From: Candidatus Bathyarchaeia archaeon
Lineage (GTDB): Bacteria; Patescibacteriota; Microgenomatia; PFEM01; JAFGMK01
Length of the DNA stretch: 64,000 nucleotides
Assembly: GCA_035529595.1 (NCBI GenBank)
Contig: DATKWK010000017.1
Span: 314,961 to 378,960 of the forward strand
Direction of reading: 5' to 3'
A program made the position numbers and the translations under genes. Below the pieces are notes generated by a model. That model saw only the letters and a list, made by a program, of their open reading frames with translations, searched no databases and had not been told where the DNA came from. Within the stretch, counting starts at the first letter, position 1; each line of letters starts with the position of its first letter. Shown here piece by piece: positions 60,784-64,000 of the stretch.

Positions 60784-62454
60784 ATGAAAACTAAACTAAT
60801 CTTAGTTTTTGTTTTAGTTCTTTCTCTTTTTCTCCGAGTTTATAAACTTGACAGCTTGGAATTATTTGGGGATGAGATCGATGTCGGTTATCATACATAC
60901 TCACTTCTAAAAACTGGCCGAGATTATCGAGGCCATCTTTTGCCTTTTTACTTCCAGTCTTTAGCAGAGTGGAGGGCGCCACTCTTGATGTATGTCTCAG
61001 TTCCTTTTGTTGCCATTTTTGGACTTAATGAATGGGGGGTTAGACTGCCAACTGTCTTTTTTGGAGTATTAAGTATTTTTTTACTTTTTAAGCTAGTGAA
61101 GATTTTGTCTAAAAGTAATTCTTTAGCTTTGTGGTCGGCTTTTGTTTTGGCAATTACCCCGTGGCACCTTCATTATTCTCGAGCTGCATTTGAAGTAACC
61201 CTATTGTTAGCTTTAATTTTGGGAGGAACGATTGTTTTTTTGAAAGGGAAATGGTCTTGGTCGGCCTTATTGTTTAGTTTAAGTTTTTACACTTATAATA
61301 CGGCTAATCTTTTTGTTCCCTTGTTCCTGCTCACCTTATTATTGTTGGCTTGGAAGTCAAAGAAGGCCGAATTTTCAAAGAAGAAACTGATTCGGGCAGG
61401 CTTGGTTTTTCTGGTAGCTTCTTTGCCTATTGTCTTGACTATTGCCAGAGGGCAGGGATCGGCCAGGTTTAGACAAATTAGTATTTTTAGTGATCAAAAA
61501 ACAGTTGGAAAGATTGTTTACAAACGGACGACGGGGATCAGTCAAGGTCAAGAAAGATTTTTTCATAATAAATTACTCGCTTGGGGAAACAATTTCTTGA
61601 GCAACTATTCTGGATTTGTCTCCCCTCAGTTTCTCTTTTTTACTGGTGATCCTAACCCTCGTCACAACCAGCCTGGGTTTGGCCAGTTTTTACTCGTGTT
61701 AGCGCCTTTTTTTGTTCTCGGATTAGAAGAGTGGGGAAGGTTTAGAGATAGGTTTTTTAAAAAAATTATTTTGTTTTGGCTTGTTTTGGGTCCTATCGCT
61801 ACTGCTCTAACTGAGGGAGGAGGTTTCCATGCAACTCGTCTTTTTATAGTTCTCCCCCCGTTGGTAATTCTAACTGCAATTGGGCTTAATTGGTTTTTTA
61901 CAATACTAAAAGGTCGTCTCAGAGCTGCTTTGTTCGTTTTAATTTTAATTAGTTTGGGGTTAAACATGGTTTTGTGGTTCCATAATTACTTGGTCCATTA
62001 TCCAAAGGAAGCAGCAGACTATTGGAATTATGGTTACAAAGAGGCTTTTACTTGGTTGCAAGGTAACGAACAAGTAGAAAGGATCTTTATAAATAATCAT
62101 CATGAACCAGCTCTAACGCGCTACTTATTTTGGAGTCGTTTGTCTCCCTTAGAATTTCAAGGAAACTTCGTAAATGACAGTTCGGTTGATAATCTTTTAC
62201 CGGACTTTGATGGTTTTCAGCTTGGGAATGTCTACTTTGGTGGAATTGATTCTAGTGATAGGGTCAACTGGTTTAAAAATAACTTAGAAAAAGGAGACGT
62301 CTACTTAGCTATTCGCAATCAAGAGGTTCCTTTTGATCAAGATCGGACAAAAGAAACACCTGGGGGGATAGAAATCAAAAAAGTTGTTTATGACCCCTGG
62401 GGGGAACCGTTAATGTATTGGTTAACAAAAGGAACTGAATGGGTCGGTGACTAA
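60784..62454 (+). CDS. GT-C/ArnT-PMT family (GT39-like) glycosyltransferase
   Basis: LR.Y.L...GDE, VRLP, PWHLHYSRAAFE; multiple TMs. Confidence 0.85.
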   Translation: MKTKLILVFVLVLSLFLRVYKLDSLELFGDEIDVGYHTYSLLKTGRDYRGHLLPFYFQSLAEWRAPLLMYVSVPFVAIFGLNEWGVRLPTVFFGVLSIFLLFKLVKILSKSNSLALWSAFVLAITPWHLHYSRAAFEVTLLLALILGGTIVFLKGKWSWSALLFSLSFYTYNTANLFVPLFLLTLLLLAWKSKKAEFSKKKLIRAGLVFLVASLPIVLTIARGQGSARFRQISIFSDQKTVGKIVYKRTTGISQGQERFFHNKLLAWGNNFLSNYSGFVSPQFLFFTGDPNPRHNQPGFGQFLLVLAPFFVLGLEEWGRFRDRFFKKIILFWLVLGPIATALTEGGGFHATRLFIVLPPLVILTAIGLNWFFTILKGRLRAALFVLILISLGLNMVLWFHNYLVHYPKEAADYWNYGYKEAFTWLQGNEQVERIFINNHHEPALTRYLFWSRLSPLEFQGNFVNDSSVDNLLPDFDGFQLGNVYFGGIDSSDRVNWFKNNLEKGDVYLAIRNQEVPFDQDRTKETPGGIEIKKVVYDPWGEPLMYWLTKGTEWVGD

Positions 62455-62493
62455 TCAAGGGATATTTTCGGCTTAAGTTTTTAAGCGTTTGAG

Positions 62494-62522
62494 AGTTCGG
62501 ATAGCGTCCCACAGGGGGAGCT
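62494..62522 (+). repeat. att-like site D
   Basis: AGTTCGGATAGCGTCCCACAGGGGGAGC. Confidence 0.7.
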
Positions 62523-62590
62523 AGGCGAGACAGAAATAAGATTGTTTTTCCCGAGGTGCAGGAAGGAAACTACCTTGAAGGTGTTAACGG

Positions 62591-62707
62591 AAAATCCGGG
62601 CCCCGATTTCTTCCGCTCTCTATCTGTCCCATAGTATGGAAATACTAACATAGTTTCTCTTACTAGTCTATTTTTTTTAGTATCCAAGACCCAAGGCATG
62701 AACCTGC
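62591..62707 (-). repeat. About 116-bp module, copy 2 (inverted), with truncated ORF MGQIESGRNRGPDFPLTPSR*
   Basis: Matches 1414-1529; mini-ORF spans 62632-62570. Confidence 0.9.
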
Positions 62708-62764
62708 TACATCTCAGAGGCGTATTCAGAAGTATATTCAAAACTTACAATCTTCGGTCACCAA

Positions 62765-63973
62765 TCAAAAATAACTACTCACTTTTATAATGCTTATTAT
62801 ATTGATATAGGCCAATGGTAAGATAATAAAAACATAATAGATCAACTTTTGGAAACGTTTCCCGATAAAGCGGGAAACCAGCAAAGAAATCGAATAAATC
62901 GAGAGACTATAGTATAAAGCGACAATACCAATAACTGGGAATAAATATCTTCCTGAAGGATGAAAGAAAATAAAATTATCGCGGATTATGGCCGCTAAAA
63001 CAATGGATAAGAATAAACAAAGCAAAGAGAGTGATTTCTTTTGAAAGCCGGTGAGTTTCTTCCGGATTTTAACCAGGTACCAGACTAAAAAAGGAAATAA
63101 TAATAAGGTGAGTTTTCTTAAAGCTGAATAAATCATTACTGGCAGATAAATGGCAAACCAACCGAAAACCCCCCAGAAACTGTGAAAAAATAATACTGAC
63201 CACTGCCTCGGGCTATTTCTAATTAGCTGATTACCAACCAGATCAGGATTGACTTTCTTGAGGGCTTGCCAGCCTAAAATATCACCATCCCCATAAAGCC
63301 TGATATTTCTGGAAAACCAAAGTATATAGAGTAATAGGCCCAAAGTTATTGCAGATAACAAAATCGATTTCCTTTTGGCTTTCTGATGCCAAAAAAGCAA
63401 GCAAATAGATATAAAAACTATAGGAAAAAGAACTATCTTGGTGAAAACAGAGGAAAATAAAAGTAAACACCAAAGAATAAACTCCTTCTTGTTCAGTTGC
63501 CGCTGTAGTCCAATTAATGAAAAATAAATAATGAAGGAGGCAAACAAATTTGATAAGGAATCATTGTTTACAGCAATACTCATGAAGGCATACATTGGAA
63601 TTAATGAAGAAATTAAGGCTGTTCCCTTAGCAATATCTGCCTTTTTAGAAAAGACAAAAAAGGTATACTGATAAATTACTAATACGTTTACTAGAGAAAA
63701 TATCAAGGAGGCTAATCTTAAGAAAAGAAGGTTTCTTGTAAGCATATAAACAGGAGTTAAGAGCAGATAATAAAAAGGGGGGTGATGAGCAAGCCCTAAG
63801 TGCTCTAAGGTAGGTATCTGGTGATTTTCAGCAATATATTTTATGTAGGCTATATGAGCTGGTTCATCTGGCGTTTGTCCAAAAGGAACCAGCCTTAAAT
63901 ATATTAGAGAAATAACTAACATCGGTAAAATAAGAAGAAGATATAATTTCCAGTAATTTTTCAATTTATACAT
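62765..63973 (-). CDS. GT-C family membrane glycosyltransferase (DUF2142/GT39-like)
   Basis: PDEPAH..Y, HPPFYY, VNND, GRYLFP. Confidence 0.8.
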   Translation of the reverse strand: MYKLKNYWKLYLLLILPMLVISLIYLRLVPFGQTPDEPAHIAYIKYIAENHQIPTLEHLGLAHHPPFYYLLLTPVYMLTRNLLFLRLASLIFSLVNVLVIYQYTFFVFSKKADIAKGTALISSLIPMYAFMSIAVNNDSLSNLFASFIIYFSLIGLQRQLNKKEFILWCLLLFSSVFTKIVLFPIVFISICLLFWHQKAKRKSILLSAITLGLLLYILWFSRNIRLYGDGDILGWQALKKVNPDLVGNQLIRNSPRQWSVLFFHSFWGVFGWFAIYLPVMIYSALRKLTLLLFPFLVWYLVKIRKKLTGFQKKSLSLLCLFLSIVLAAIIRDNFIFFHPSGRYLFPVIGIVALYYSLSIYSISLLVSRFIGKRFQKLIYYVFIILPLAYINIISIIKVSSYF

Positions 63974-64000
63974 CTTTTTGTTCCAACCTTGTCTCTAATT

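Noticed and set aside
59554-62522. Classical integron attC or XerCD dif sites
   Set aside because: There are no RYYYAAC/GTTRRRY boxes with a long hairpin and no TTATGTTAAAT-like arm. The tRNA-end geometry fits better.
496-63473. Numerous short antisense or overlapping ORFs in the track (e.g. 5147-5545, 11771-12217, 56844-57245, 62481-62741)
   Set aside because: They are shadows of well-supported genes or repeats and show no protein motifs.
1-64000. CRISPR array, rRNA, intact tRNA, integrase or transposase
   Set aside because: No regularly spaced repeats, cloverleaf or catalytic motifs were recognised by eye; a tRNA scan is still advisable.

Overview
A low-GC, gene-dense bacterial segment. 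Its gene content suggests a Patescibacteria/CPR organism, probably Microgenomates; this is an inference from many small membrane-anchored proteins, GT39-type transferases, nucleotide house-cleaning enzymes and almost no biosynthesis genes. Recognisable modules are: an OmpR/sensor-kinase pair with a MacAB-type ABC exporter; rlmN and metK behind a SAM-I riboswitch; a LexA/UmuD-like repressor plus Y-family polymerase cassette; tgt; an MFS gene behind a leader-peptide attenuator; an ArcE/cPGS-family enzyme; mtnA; and a CsoR copper operon that includes mnmA. There are also several pseudogenes. The most unusual signal is at 59.5-62.5 kb: four co-oriented sites, GTCC-NNN-AGGGGGAGC, sit between cargo genes. 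They have the geometry of a tRNA(Asn)-like 3' end and read as a conserved LPLxDxxRT/N peptide on the opposite strand, with two degenerate relatives at 34.5 and 35.3 kb. This suggests a tandem site-specific gene-capture array. Other non-coding findings are a roughly 116-bp promoter-plus-N-terminus module duplicated in inverted orientation 61 kb apart, a nested-palindrome MITE-like element, and dispersed CACC-N5-GGTG palindromes. No rRNA, intact tRNA, CRISPR array, integrase or transposase was recognised. All assignments come from motif recognition by eye; no database searches were run.
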